A stretch of DNA of 64,000 nucleotides from Promethearchaeota archaeon (GTDB taxonomy: Archaea; Asgardarchaeota; Lokiarchaeia; Sigyniarchaeales; SOKP01): NCBI GenBank assembly GCA_019057795.1, contig JAHLWS010000049.1, positions 64,001 through 128,000 of the forward strand, read 5' to 3'. Every line of letters starts with the position of its first letter. The stretch's first letter is position 1. Shown piece after piece: positions 39,164-49,790 of the stretch. The notes under the pieces are model-generated. The model ran no database searches. It was not told where the DNA came from and saw only the letters and a program-made list of their open reading frames with translations. Position numbers and translations under genes: made by a program.

Positions 39164-40174
39164 TTAATCTTCAATAGTTAAAAATGTGTAAATTAGAACA
39201 AAAATATATAATATTGCTGAAATCAACAAGCTCCAAATTCTTAAAAATATTGAAATTTCTTCGCTAGATAATATTACATTTGAACCAATGAATATTGCTG
39301 CGATAAGGTAACCAACAAAATAGCTTTTAAAATTTCCGTATTTGGACTTACCTCTAATTAAATTAACAAAAGAAATGAAAATTATAATTATAAGACCAGC
39401 TGCATAGAATAAATCAATAATAGGATACTTATATAAATCTAAGAATAGAAAAAATCCAAATAAGAATAACTCTAATGCTTTCACATTCCAATAACTCTTC
39501 TGTTTAGGAGAATCATCATATAATTGTTCATATTCGCTTATACCAGCATTAGAAAACAGAATTATTAATGAACCAATCGCTAATGCTGTAAATAATGCAT
39601 ATGAAATCTTAAATAGATAATTTTCAATTAATGGAAGCCAAATTTTATCCAATAAGAATAAGGGTAGAATTAGATATTCTGGAATAATACTCACCGTACA
39701 GAAAATCGGGACTGATGATGCTAAAACCATAACAAACTTTGTTAAAAATGAGGTTTTCGAATCGTCTTCCCAACTCTCTTTTCTAAAAGTGGTTAAATGC
39801 CATGCAAAAGACGCAAAACTTAAAACAGCGATTACGGGTGTTATTAGTGGAAAGACAAAAATAAAAAGGATATAAACGGCATTAATCCCATAAAAAAACT
39901 TTAATCTAGAGGGAACTACGCTAACTTTTTCGTCGAATGAATCCATCGTATTGGCAAATCGATTTGCAAATAGAATTATAAAATATAACCAAGAGATGCT
40001 AAACACAATCGGACTTAAAATCTTAATTATCCAAAAATTTAAATTTGGGTCGTTTGAATACCATAAATTAAAATCCACAAAAGAAAATATCAAAAAAATG
40101 CTTATTGGTACCAAAATTGCTGCAAGCAAAACAATTAAGCGCGAGAATATTATTCCCTTTACAGTTTTTGACAT
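39164..40174 (-). CDS. Polytopic membrane protein
   Basis: Multiple hydrophobic segments. Confidence 0.7.
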   Translation of the reverse strand: MSKTVKGIIFSRLIVLLAAILVPISIFLIFSFVDFNLWYSNDPNLNFWIIKILSPIVFSISWLYFIILFANRFANTMDSFDEKVSVVPSRLKFFYGINAVYILFIFVFPLITPVIAVLSFASFAWHLTTFRKESWEDDSKTSFLTKFVMVLASSVPIFCTVSIIPEYLILPLFLLDKIWLPLIENYLFKISYALFTALAIGSLIILFSNAGISEYEQLYDDSPKQKSYWNVKALELFLFGFFLFLDLYKYPIIDLFYAAGLIIIIFISFVNLIRGKSKYGNFKSYFVGYLIAAIFIGSNVILSSEEISIFLRIWSLLISAILYIFVLIYTFLTIED

Positions 40175-40343
40175 CTATTAATTTCACTATAGGTTTTTTT
40201 CAATTATGCATATAATGATAATAAAACATTTTAAAATCTCTGTTTTATCACAATATTTAATTAATTTTAAAATTACGATTTATTTTCGAAAGAAAGAAGA
40301 TACCTAAAAATAAAAAAATAATAAAAAATGTATATAAATTTAT

Positions 40344-41090
40344 TTATTTCGCTATTATAGCTGAACCACAATTGGTGCAGAACTCGTTTCCAGGGACCAA
40401 TTTGGCTTTACAATTAGGGCATAGCTCTGAACTATCTAAAGATGGCTCTTGCTCCTCTTTTGTTTTACCTTTTGATTTTTTCACTTTAGGTTGAGCCGTA
40501 CCTTCTGTTGGTTTGTATTTTAAACTTCCAATAAAACCTCCAAACACAGCCCCCACAAGACACCCTTCTAAAATCGCCGTAAAAACCGCCAGTAAGTAGG
40601 GTAAATCTGTTAGACCCAATACTGCTCCATCCACTACTCCTGCGATAATCGGACCAACCATGGGAATTACAGGTATTACTAAATATATAACCATGGCAGG
40701 AATTAAATAACCTATACCAATCGCAAGACTAGTGTGAATCCCACCTCGAGGAGAGTGCGCAGAAATTGCGCTAGTAATCGTGCAGCATAAAATCCAAGGA
40801 AGAACGACAGCAACTATAAGTAATACGTCGTCAGGTCTATAAAAGATACACCAATGAATAGGAAATAGTAAGATTAAAATTAGGCCAAGAAAGGCGCTTG
40901 CAACGAAACCGAGAATACCTGCCATAGGACCTAAAAAAGTTCCCAGAGAAGCTATAGCGTCGTCTAAATTTTTGATTAAACCACCAGTAACTCCGCCCGT
41001 TAAATCTAAAAATTGAAAACTAATCCATGCCATAGGAATCAAACACAGCATCCCAACACACCCAGACCAAATCACGCGACCCCAACCCAT
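40344..41090 (-). CDS. Membrane protein with C-terminal double zinc ribbon
   Basis: TM helices, basic linker, CPNC...FCTNCG. Confidence 0.75.
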   Translation of the reverse strand: MGWGRVIWSGCVGMLCLIPMAWISFQFLDLTGGVTGGLIKNLDDAIASLGTFLGPMAGILGFVASAFLGLILILLFPIHWCIFYRPDDVLLIVAVVLPWILCCTITSAISAHSPRGGIHTSLAIGIGYLIPAMVIYLVIPVIPMVGPIIAGVVDGAVLGLTDLPYLLAVFTAILEGCLVGAVFGGFIGSLKYKPTEGTAQPKVKKSKGKTKEEQEPSLDSSELCPNCKAKLVPGNEFCTNCGSAIIAK

Positions 41091-41334
41091 ATAATTATCC
41101 CCACATCGAATTTTCAAATAATTTTTTTCAAATTAATATTTTTATTACTAATTCAAACACGATTCGTATATTTAAAATTTTGTTTTTGTTGATACTATCT
41201 TGTTAGAAATCCTAATAGAATAATTTGTAATTTTTCTTTAAAAACAACTTAGATTTACTGAATAATTAAGCTATCTTAGAGTTATTATGCGATATAAAAA
41301 AAATTTAAAGAAAAAAGTTTTAAATAAAAAATTT

Positions 41335-42027
41335 TTATTTAATGCTGATAATTGCTCCTTTATCCATTTTAACGATTTTATTAGCATAAGAAGCTAAAGA
41401 ACCTCTGTGGGTTACTACTATTATTGTAGTTTCCATATCTTTGTTAATTTGTTTTAAGAGGTCCATTACTTGCTTCTCAGATTCAGGATCAAGATTACCC
41501 GTTGGTTCATCGGCTAAAATTACCCTTGGACGATGGATAATAGCCCTTGCGAGACCGCATCTCTGTTTTTCACCACCAGACAATTCTACGGGATAATGAT
41601 CTTTTCTTTCAAGTAAATTGACGTCTCTTAGCGCTGCAATTGCTCGGTTTTCGATTTCTTTCTCTCTTAAAACTGTGGGCCACAATAAAGCCGCCACATT
41701 TTCAATAGCAGTTAAAGTAGGAATTAAGTTGAAATCTTGAAAGACAAAACCAATTTTTTGTCTTCTTAGTTTACTAAGTCTTGCTTCTTGCGCTCTAGCA
41801 ATATTTTCCCCATCAAATATAATTTTTCCCGAATCTGGTAAGTCAATACCGCTTAAAACGTTAAGGAGCGTACTTTTACCGCAACCCGTTGGGCCTTGAA
41901 CTAAAATAAATTCTCCTGATTTAATTGTAAGGTTAATATCAACTAAAGCGCGAATAATCGCACCAGCTCGCCGATATTCTTTATTTACATCAATAGCTTC
42001 GATCATAGTATCTTTATCTACAGGCAT
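41335..42027 (-). CDS. ABC transporter ATP-binding protein (LolD/MacB-type)
   Basis: GPTGCGKST, LSGGEKQR, LADEPTGNLD. Confidence 0.93.
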   Translation of the reverse strand: MPVDKDTMIEAIDVNKEYRRAGAIIRALVDINLTIKSGEFILVQGPTGCGKSTLLNVLSGIDLPDSGKIIFDGENIARAQEARLSKLRRQKIGFVFQDFNLIPTLTAIENVAALLWPTVLREKEIENRAIAALRDVNLLERKDHYPVELSGGEKQRCGLARAIIHRPRVILADEPTGNLDPESEKQVMDLLKQINKDMETTIIVVTHRGSLASYANKIVKMDKGAIISIK

Positions 42028-42039
42028 TTTTTTCCCTCC

Positions 42040-42603
42040 TTATACACCTACCCTCTTTAATGCGATAATTGGTCTTACTCTCAAGATTTTTCTATTAGCT
42101 AAAAGAATCGCTAAAATTTGGAAAAATAGAAAAATTATGAAAGTTACAAAAACCGGTAAAAGGCTCACTAAAGGCAAATTCTCGATATAATACGGCGTTC
42201 CAAATACCGCTGGGTTTGTTGCGTAAATGTACCCAAAAAAAGCTGCGTAATGAAATAATACCTCAATAACGATAAAAAAGCCAATAAATGTTGTGAATAG
42301 AATAAATCCCGAAATTAACGTGTTAATATCTTTATTCGTCCATCCAATGCATTTCAAAGTAGCAATAGTTTTCGAATTACGTCTCACTATTATCCAAGAA
42401 TATAGTAAGGATAAAAATATTCCTACGGCTAAAGCCATGAAGAAACTTGTGCTCGCGAGACCTAAATCTGATGTCTTTAGTACCAATTCGATTGAATAAC
42501 TTGTCCAAAATATTAAAATGGTATACATAAGACAGAAAACTGTAAATTGCTTTTTCTCCCGTAAAACCATCATAATAGATTTTTTTAATAATCTAAAAGC
42601 CAA
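42040..42603 (-). CDS. FtsX-like permease domain protein
   Basis: RRNSKTIATLKCIGW, ILRVRPIIALK. Confidence 0.8.
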   Translation of the reverse strand: MAFRLLKKSIMMVLREKKQFTVFCLMYTILIFWTSYSIELVLKTSDLGLASTSFFMALAVGIFLSLLYSWIIVRRNSKTIATLKCIGWTNKDINTLISGFILFTTFIGFFIVIEVLFHYAAFFGYIYATNPAVFGTPYYIENLPLVSLLPVFVTFIIFLFFQILAILLANRKILRVRPIIALKRVGV

Positions 42604-42698
42604 TTATTTCACCGTTTAGTAAAAATTAATTTTTTATATAAATTGTTTGTATTAGTTATATAATAAAATCATAATAAAAATTTTGGGAATATTGAATA

Positions 42699-43103
42699 AT
42701 GTCAACAGAAATTGAAAAAATTATAGATGAACTTCTAAATACAGAGCAGAATATTTTTGGAGTAGCTATTATTAATAAATCTGGATCTTTAATTACTCAA
42801 ACTCAGAATTGGGATATCTCCAGCAATTTAGACAAGGTTAATGAATTATTAAAAGCAAAAATTGAACTTGGGAAAAGGGGAATACCAAATATTTCGCTCC
42901 AAGGAATTAAATACATGATCGTTGAAAATACTGAAGAAAGAAAGATTGGTACGAATATCACGGGCAAAGGACACATTATTATTGCTCCAATTCCAATTGG
43001 TGGAACGGGCGCGCTTATTTGCTACATTAACCCTCAAGCTGGACCTAGAGACGCCTTATTTACAGTTCAATCTTTCGCGCTAAAATTAGCGAATTTTGTA
43101 TAA
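42699..43103 (+). CDS. Profilin (Lokiarchaeal type)
   Basis: QGIKYMIVENTEERKIGTNITGKGH...PIPIGG..GALI.Y.NP.AGPRD, closely resembling Loki profilin. Confidence 0.9.
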   Translation: MSTEIEKIIDELLNTEQNIFGVAIINKSGSLITQTQNWDISSNLDKVNELLKAKIELGKRGIPNISLQGIKYMIVENTEERKIGTNITGKGHIIIAPIPIGGTGALICYINPQAGPRDALFTVQSFALKLANFV

Positions 43104-43149
43104 AATTCTTTTTATTTATTTTAAATTTTTTTTAACGGTTTATCACTTT

Positions 43150-44477
43150 CACAAAAGAAAACACACACCTTCAGGGTTGTGATGAATTTTGCATTAATCA
43201 TTAATAATTATACCCCTATTTCTTTAAATACTAAATTCTCCACGTTACAATTAATGCAACTCGTTCAACAAGTTCAATTCAAACGATCAAATCTCTTGGA
43301 TGAGATAACTTTTCTTTCAAAAAACCTGTTTAATGTGGCGACATATACCGTGCGACAACGCTTTTTCAAGGATCGTCATTGGATTCGATATAACGAGTTG
43401 TGGAAATTGCTAAAAACTCACGAATCGTATAGAAAATTACAAGGATCGTGCGGGTCTCATCCGCCACAACAAGTCCTAAAACAAGTAGATAGAAATTTCA
43501 AGAGTTTCATTAAAGCAATCAAAGTTTGGAAAAGCGAACGGTCTAAATTTAAGGGGATGCCAAAACTTCCTCGCTACAAGCGTAAGAACGGCCATAATTT
43601 AGTCTATTTCACTTCCCTACAATGTAGGCTAAAGGATGGACATGTACTACTCACGCAAAAGATGGAGAACTTAGGTTTTCCTAAAATAAAAACCGCGCTA
43701 AAAAGCGTGAAAGGCGTTCGCATCGTTCCATTCGGAGATCGATACAATATTGAATTAATCTACGATTACGAGCCAAAAGACTTGCACTTGAACGAGAATA
43801 ACGTATTAGGAATCGATTTAGGACTTAATAACATCGTAACTGCGTCAGATAACATTGGAAACAAGCCACTGATTATCAAGGGCGGTGTTGTAAAGTCAAT
43901 CAATCAATTCTACAACAAACAACTGTCGAAATACAGGTCCATGGCGAAAAAGTGCAACGGCACGGAAGTCACGGGACGCATCTTGAAGTTTCATCGAAAG
44001 CGCAACAATAAAATAAGAGATTTCTTTCACAAAACTTCCAGAAAAATAGTCAATCACTGCATCTCTAACGATATCGGGACCATCGTTATCGGATATAACG
44101 AGGGCTGGAAGCAGAGAATCACGATAGGGAAAATAAACAACCAGAACTTTGTCTCCGCGCCGTTTTTAAAACTTGTCCAACAAATTGAATATAAATCTGA
44201 GATGGTCGGAATTCAAGTAATTAGAACCGGCGAAGAGTACACTTCGCAAACGTGCTCTTCGTGTGGAGTCGTACGCAAGTCAAATCGCAAGTATCGTGGA
44301 CTATACATTTGTAAAGATTGCGGGGTTGTCCTAAACGCTGATGTGAACGCTTCAAGAAACATTCTACAAAAAGGAGTCCCTAAATCCAAGTGGATAGGGG
44401 ATAGAGGGTGCTTGAGCCATCCAGTAGTGTTGAAAGTCTAACCTACGAATCCATAACCTTTAGGTTAAGGTTGTTCA
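43150..44477 (+). mobile_element. IS200/IS605-family non-autonomous (IS1341-like) element
   Basis: Left hairpin CACACACCTTCAGGGTTGTG (~43162-43181); right end GAATCCATAACCTTTAGGTTAAGGTTGTTCA (44447-44477); no tnpA; left boundary approximate. Confidence 0.75.
43254..44441 (+). CDS. tnpB: TnpB RNA-guided endonuclease
   Basis: GIDLG (RuvC-I), EEYTSQTCSSCG..CKDCG zinc finger, NADVNASRNI (RuvC-III); likely start MQLVQQ at 43254. Confidence 0.93.
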   Translation: MQLVQQVQFKRSNLLDEITFLSKNLFNVATYTVRQRFFKDRHWIRYNELWKLLKTHESYRKLQGSCGSHPPQQVLKQVDRNFKSFIKAIKVWKSERSKFKGMPKLPRYKRKNGHNLVYFTSLQCRLKDGHVLLTQKMENLGFPKIKTALKSVKGVRIVPFGDRYNIELIYDYEPKDLHLNENNVLGIDLGLNNIVTASDNIGNKPLIIKGGVVKSINQFYNKQLSKYRSMAKKCNGTEVTGRILKFHRKRNNKIRDFFHKTSRKIVNHCISNDIGTIVIGYNEGWKQRITIGKINNQNFVSAPFLKLVQQIEYKSEMVGIQVIRTGEEYTSQTCSSCGVVRKSNRKYRGLYICKDCGVVLNADVNASRNILQKGVPKSKWIGDRGCLSHPVVLKV

Positions 44478-45569
44478 ATGGTCCCAAAGAGTTTGCAATA
44501 AATCTGTGAGAAAAGTTTTAATTTTTTCTAATTCCTCTCTTTTAGATTCGCCCGATAATGAGAACTTTTTCTCAAATTCTGGAGGTTCGTACTTTTCATT
44601 TAATAGAGCTTTGATAACGGCGTAAACACAGTAAGGTAATCCTATTATATTGTATCCTCCTTCTAGAATAAAAGATATTTTTCCTTTACATACTTCTTCT
44701 GCAATTTTTAATAATCTTTCAGTAAATTTATTGTATGCAATACTAGTCAATAAACAGTTTCCAATAGGATCTGCGAAATACATATCAAAGCCTGCAGCAA
44801 CAATGATAAGTTCTGGCTTGAATTCTTTAATTATTGGGTCGAGCAATTCAAGACAATAAAAAAAATCGTTATTTGTTATGCCTGCTGGCACGGGAAAATT
44901 AATGTTTTTACCAATTCCCTCGTCTATTCCAAGTTCGTCAACCATACCTAAATCGCCTCCGGTAAAATCAAATTCATGGATAGAAAAGTAAAGAATTGAA
45001 GGATCATCGTAGAAAAATTGCGCAAGACCATCTCCGAAATGATTGTCAATATCGATTATTGCAATTTTCTGACTAAATTTCAATTGCTTTCGTAGATAAA
45101 GGATAGAGTTTGCGATATTGTTGAATATGCAGAGTCCTGACGCCTTCTCTCTGAACGCGTGGTGTCCTGGAGGTCTTATTAAGGCAAATGACTGGTTAAA
45201 CCTACCATTTATTACGCCTTCAATTGCTTCTATAGCTCCACCAACAGCTTTTTTAGCTAAAGCATAAGTATCATTTGATACAAAAACCTCTTCGTCAAGA
45301 AAACCCCCTCCTATGTTAGAGATGCGCTTAATTGCCTCAATATGATATTTCGAATGGGCTAGCTCTAGAATAGATTCTGTAACAATTTTAGGATCAACCT
45401 TAATTATACGATTATTTTTAAATATATTGTTCCGTTCTAAATGGTTTAGAATAGATCTTATCCTAATGGGATGTTCAAAAGAAATAAAAGACGGTTTTGG
45501 ATATGGGGGAATGTGCATGGAAGCAAAATCATCGTCGACTATAATACCTATTGTATTTTCTGTCATCAT
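44475..45569 (-). CDS. Zn-dependent histone deacetylase family protein
   Basis: RPPGHH, GLCIFNN, DIDNHFGDG, GFD...DP, LEGGY. Confidence 0.93.
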   Translation of the reverse strand: MMTENTIGIIVDDDFASMHIPPYPKPSFISFEHPIRIRSILNHLERNNIFKNNRIIKVDPKIVTESILELAHSKYHIEAIKRISNIGGGFLDEEVFVSNDTYALAKKAVGGAIEAIEGVINGRFNQSFALIRPPGHHAFREKASGLCIFNNIANSILYLRKQLKFSQKIAIIDIDNHFGDGLAQFFYDDPSILYFSIHEFDFTGGDLGMVDELGIDEGIGKNINFPVPAGITNNDFFYCLELLDPIIKEFKPELIIVAAGFDMYFADPIGNCLLTSIAYNKFTERLLKIAEEVCKGKISFILEGGYNIIGLPYCVYAVIKALLNEKYEPPEFEKKFSLSGESKREELEKIKTFLTDLLQTLWDH

Positions 45570-45672
45570 ATCAAAAATAAAAAATATTAGAATAACTAAA
45601 CTCTTATAATAATATTTGCATACTAATATTAAAAAATAATTTCAATTTACTCAAAAAGGTTAGAGAATAAAA

Positions 45673-47898
45673 ATGAATGTTATCGAAATAGTCGCTTTGT
45701 TCTTGCTTAACGCAATTCCAATTGTTATAATAGTGATACCATACTTTTTCATACGTAAAAAATTTGCTGGCAAAGTGTATTTTAGAGTAATGCTAGGAAT
45801 CATGGTTTTCTATTTGATATATTGGGTACTTCCTATGATCTTTCAATTGGGAACAGCTCCAATCGAACTAGAATTACAACCTGGCGAGGAAGGCAATCTA
45901 GGTTTGGGGATTGGTTATATAATAACTCATATCGGGTCTCTCATTGCTTTATTTGCTTATTACCCTCTCGTTACGCTACCGTTTATCTTTTTCGTGTCGC
46001 CATTTATTTCTTTTGTTTTTGTATGGAATCGACTAAGAAAAGATAAAGGCTCAAAAGAAGAAAAATTACAGGGATTGACGTATAACATTATCGATAGTCC
46101 GTACAAACAAATTAGAAATGATTTATTTAAAAACGATTGGTCGAGAGAAAAAGATATTTTAAAGTTGCTTGTCGTACTTTTACCAATTTCGCTGTATTTA
46201 CTACAAGTTTTACTCAAAATTACAGGCTTGAAATCTGTGTCAATTACAACTGGAGAAACTGCTTTAGGTTGGTTCATAGAAATCTTATTTGTATACCTTG
46301 CAGTATTTATATTTAGTTTAGAACTCCTTTTTAGCTCTAAAATTGCATTGCGAGGAAGATATTTCGGAGAGAATATCAGACAACAGACCTACAAAAGCTT
46401 ATACACCGTTGGAGCGCCAATATCCATTTTATCTATTATTTTATTCATTGTTGAGGATATCAATTCTTTTGGAATAATCATATATTTTTTTGCTTATTTC
46501 ATCATGGCTTCATTTATCTTTATCTTGTTTCTTAAAATCTTCGAACCCATTTCTTTACTGATCTTCATCAAAATAATTGACTGGTGGAAAAATAGAAAGG
46601 AAAAAAGAAAGAAGATGAGCTTTACGAATTTGTACTACGGAATTGTATTTAGCTTCCTGGCGTATTTTGTATTTTTTGTCTTAAACTATCTTGTTTTTGG
46701 CTCTTTATATGCCCTTATCTTTCAAGATCCTACAAGCATAATTGACTCTGCTAATTTCGCAACAAGCGGGTCGGTCTATTTATACCAAAGTCTAGGATTT
46801 GACCTTATGAATCTTTTCAATTTCATAGCATTAGTCGCAGTTTCATTAGTTATTGCCTCAATCTTCTTAAACCTCAGCTTGAAATATATGAACAGCATGT
46901 TTCTGGGTTTTGTAACGTTTATACCTATTTTAATCGCTCTATCTGTGCTATTTATATTTCTAGGAGGTAATGGAATAATAAATTTCGCACCAGATATGTA
47001 TTGGATAACGGGACAGTCAAGTTTTACAACTATTTTTGGCTTTAACTTCTACACTTTAAGAACTGCTGGATTTAATGCGGATTTAATTGGAATATTATCT
47101 ATACTCGCGATTCCTTACCAAACTACTCAATATATCTTCAATATTATTTTCTGGAGCCTAATAGTTTTTTACATGCAAAAAAGTTTTAGAGCAAAAAATA
47201 TTAGTATTGACGAACGCCATTTAGAGAAAGTAATTTTCTCTACTATAACTGAATTCCTATCATACGACGAATATATGAAAGGGAAAGCGCGATATTTAAT
47301 TATAAAGAGAGAAGATGTTGATTTAGATATTTTGAGTGACGAACGAGAGGAAATAAAATCCATTTTGGCTTCTTTAGAGACTGGAAAAATTCTGGATGAA
47401 ATTAAACCTACAGATGAAAAAGAGATACAAAGATTTTACTTTACTCTTAAATACCTATATAACAACAACCTAATTGATGTATTAAAACAAGAATTTAGTT
47501 ATATTTTTGAAAAAGTAGTAAAACAAGGACTATACATTATTTACGACGACGGCCGAGGTATTTTCGATTATAACTTCGCCGAAGAATACAATCAAGACCC
47601 AGGTATAGTTTCTGGTATGTTTTCGGCAATCACATCTTTTATTAAAGAAACCACCAAATCACAAGAACTACTAAAAACAATAGATCATGGCGACATAACT
47701 ATCCTTCTCGAATATGGTAAGCGAATATTTGGGGCGTTATTTATTAAGGGAAAGCAAGCTTCTGAAGTGCGGTCAAATCTAAGAGAATTCGTCAATCAAT
47801 TTGAAGCTAAGTACGCTGATGCTCTAGCAGACTGGAGCGGAGCCTTAATATATTTCAAAGACGATCACAAACTAGTCGAGAACATATTTAAAGAATAG
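45673..47898 (+). CDS. Polytopic membrane protein with C-terminal longin-like domain
   Basis: Many TM segments; C-terminal GLYIIYDDGR...DPGIVSGMFSAITSFIKE...IDHGD..ILLEYG. Confidence 0.7.
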   Translation: MNVIEIVALFLLNAIPIVIIVIPYFFIRKKFAGKVYFRVMLGIMVFYLIYWVLPMIFQLGTAPIELELQPGEEGNLGLGIGYIITHIGSLIALFAYYPLVTLPFIFFVSPFISFVFVWNRLRKDKGSKEEKLQGLTYNIIDSPYKQIRNDLFKNDWSREKDILKLLVVLLPISLYLLQVLLKITGLKSVSITTGETALGWFIEILFVYLAVFIFSLELLFSSKIALRGRYFGENIRQQTYKSLYTVGAPISILSIILFIVEDINSFGIIIYFFAYFIMASFIFILFLKIFEPISLLIFIKIIDWWKNRKEKRKKMSFTNLYYGIVFSFLAYFVFFVLNYLVFGSLYALIFQDPTSIIDSANFATSGSVYLYQSLGFDLMNLFNFIALVAVSLVIASIFLNLSLKYMNSMFLGFVTFIPILIALSVLFIFLGGNGIINFAPDMYWITGQSSFTTIFGFNFYTLRTAGFNADLIGILSILAIPYQTTQYIFNIIFWSLIVFYMQKSFRAKNISIDERHLEKVIFSTITEFLSYDEYMKGKARYLIIKREDVDLDILSDEREEIKSILASLETGKILDEIKPTDEKEIQRFYFTLKYLYNNNLIDVLKQEFSYIFEKVVKQGLYIIYDDGRGIFDYNFAEEYNQDPGIVSGMFSAITSFIKETTKSQELLKTIDHGDITILLEYGKRIFGALFIKGKQASEVRSNLREFVNQFEAKYADALADWSGALIYFKDDHKLVENIFKE

Positions 47899-47941
47899 TA
47901 AAATAAAATAAAAAATTAAATTTCAATTTTTTCTCATTTAT

Positions 47942-48742
47942 TTATTCCGGAATAGTAGCGACAGCCCTAACCCAACCAGCACTCGCTCTAGCTATTTTAA
48001 CTGGAAAACAATAAATTGTGGCTCCAACAGGAGGAACTTTATCTAAATTCATCATTTTTTCCATTTGAAAATAGCCTAATTCTATTCCCGCGAAATGACC
48101 TTCCCAAATAATTGATGTATCAGGCTTTTTCTCTCTTATTGATTTTTTCCATTTTTTTGCAGTTAGAGTAAATGGAGCGTCCCAAGACCAAGCATCGATT
48201 CCAACCACATGAACGCCTTGACGAATAATGTGTAGCGTTGCTTCCTTACCAACTCCAACGCCATGATTTATGTATTCTTTTGTACCATAGTGCTTGGGAG
48301 CATTCGTATGAACGCATAGAATATCACCTTCTTTTAAATTATGGTTTATATCTTCTAATTTTTTATCTATATTTTCGGGCATCATTATGTATCCTTCTTC
48401 GTAATCCGTACAATCTAAGACAATTAACGGGCCAATACCCCATTCTAATGGAAAATCGTCAATTGTCATAGCCTTTTTTTCCCCAATTTCTTTGTCTTGA
48501 ACGGGAGCAAAATGCCAAGGAGCATCCATATGAGTCCCTGAATGCGTGCCCAATGTAATTGATTCTACAGCCCAACCCTTTCCAACAGGTAAGTGCTCTG
48601 GTTTTAATCTTGAAAAAAGAAACCCCATTTGCTCCACACCCGCATCATGGTCTGAATATACAATGCGGGGCTGTGTTAACGGCGGATCAAATAACGCCTC
48701 TTCGGGATTAATTATTGGAATTGACAAGTCTATAAATTTCAT
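47942..48742 (-). CDS. Cyclase / kynurenine formamidase (KynB-like) family protein
   Basis: IDLS, HSGTHMDAPWH, GIDAWSWD, WVRAVA. Confidence 0.9.
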   Translation of the reverse strand: MKFIDLSIPIINPEEALFDPPLTQPRIVYSDHDAGVEQMGFLFSRLKPEHLPVGKGWAVESITLGTHSGTHMDAPWHFAPVQDKEIGEKKAMTIDDFPLEWGIGPLIVLDCTDYEEGYIMMPENIDKKLEDINHNLKEGDILCVHTNAPKHYGTKEYINHGVGVGKEATLHIIRQGVHVVGIDAWSWDAPFTLTAKKWKKSIREKKPDTSIIWEGHFAGIELGYFQMEKMMNLDKVPPVGATIYCFPVKIARASAGWVRAVATIPE

Positions 48743-48902
48743 TCTTAACACAATACATTTTTTAGCTTTTATTTTGATTTTATGATTTAAAATTAATTAA
48801 TTTAAAGTATTTTTAGAACTACTTTTAGTTAAAATTCTATACTATAATCTACAATCTATAAGTTTTAATAATAATAATAAAAAAAAGATTTCACTTGATT
48901 TC

Positions 48903-49790
48903 CTAATTATTTACTTTATTAGCGTTTTTAGCAATTGCATCTACAATTTGAGGCCAAGCTTCAGGCGGTAAACTATGTCCCATGCCCTTAATGATTATCA
49001 ATTCCGCTCCAGGGATATTTTCTGCTGTTTCTTTACCACCTTCAACTGGAACTAAAGGATCATCGCCTCCATGAATTACAAGTGTAGGAACTTTTATTGA
49101 TCCAAGTTTTGGTTTACGGTTTCCATTAGCTAATATTGCAACTAGTTGTCGCGCCATTCCTTGTGGATAAAATGAACGGTCATATGTGGCTGCTGCAAGT
49201 TCATGTGCTTTATCTTCATGATAGGGAAAGCCAGATCCATAAAGAATACGCCGACGTTTCACTGATTCCTCAATATAAGCTTCACGCTCTGTGGGCGCAG
49301 GTGCTAATAATACTTGCATAGCTTCTGGCTTAGGTTGAGGAAGATTTGGATTTCCTGTTGTACTCATTATTGAAGTTAGGCTCAGAACGCGGGTTGGATG
49401 GCGGAATGCAATTGTCTGAACTATCATTCCTCCCATCGATGCACCGCAAATATGAGCTTTCTCTATGTTAAGGGCATCTAAAAGACCAACTGCATCATCA
49501 GACATATCTTCTATAGTATAAGGCGGTGATATCGTTTCTCCTCGCTGGAATGCCATAATTTCATTCATAATATTTGGTACACCAGCTTCTTCAAATTTAG
49601 TAGATAAACCTACATCTCGATTATCGAATCTAATTACATAAAATCCCTTATCTACTAGCATCATACATAACTCCTCAAGATAAGCAATCATCTGAGCGCC
49701 TAACCCCATTACCAAAAGTAAAGGTTTTGATGATGGATCTCCAAATGTATCATACTCTATTTCAATATTGTTAGCTTTCGCTTTAGGCAT
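48903..49790 (-). CDS. Alpha/beta-fold hydrolase
   Basis: FDNRDVGLS, GASMGG, HGGDDP, GMGH. Confidence 0.93.
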   Translation of the reverse strand: MPKAKANNIEIEYDTFGDPSSKPLLLVMGLGAQMIAYLEELCMMLVDKGFYVIRFDNRDVGLSTKFEEAGVPNIMNEIMAFQRGETISPPYTIEDMSDDAVGLLDALNIEKAHICGASMGGMIVQTIAFRHPTRVLSLTSIMSTTGNPNLPQPKPEAMQVLLAPAPTEREAYIEESVKRRRILYGSGFPYHEDKAHELAAATYDRSFYPQGMARQLVAILANGNRKPKLGSIKVPTLVIHGGDDPLVPVEGGKETAENIPGAELIIIKGMGHSLPPEAWPQIVDAIAKNANKVNN

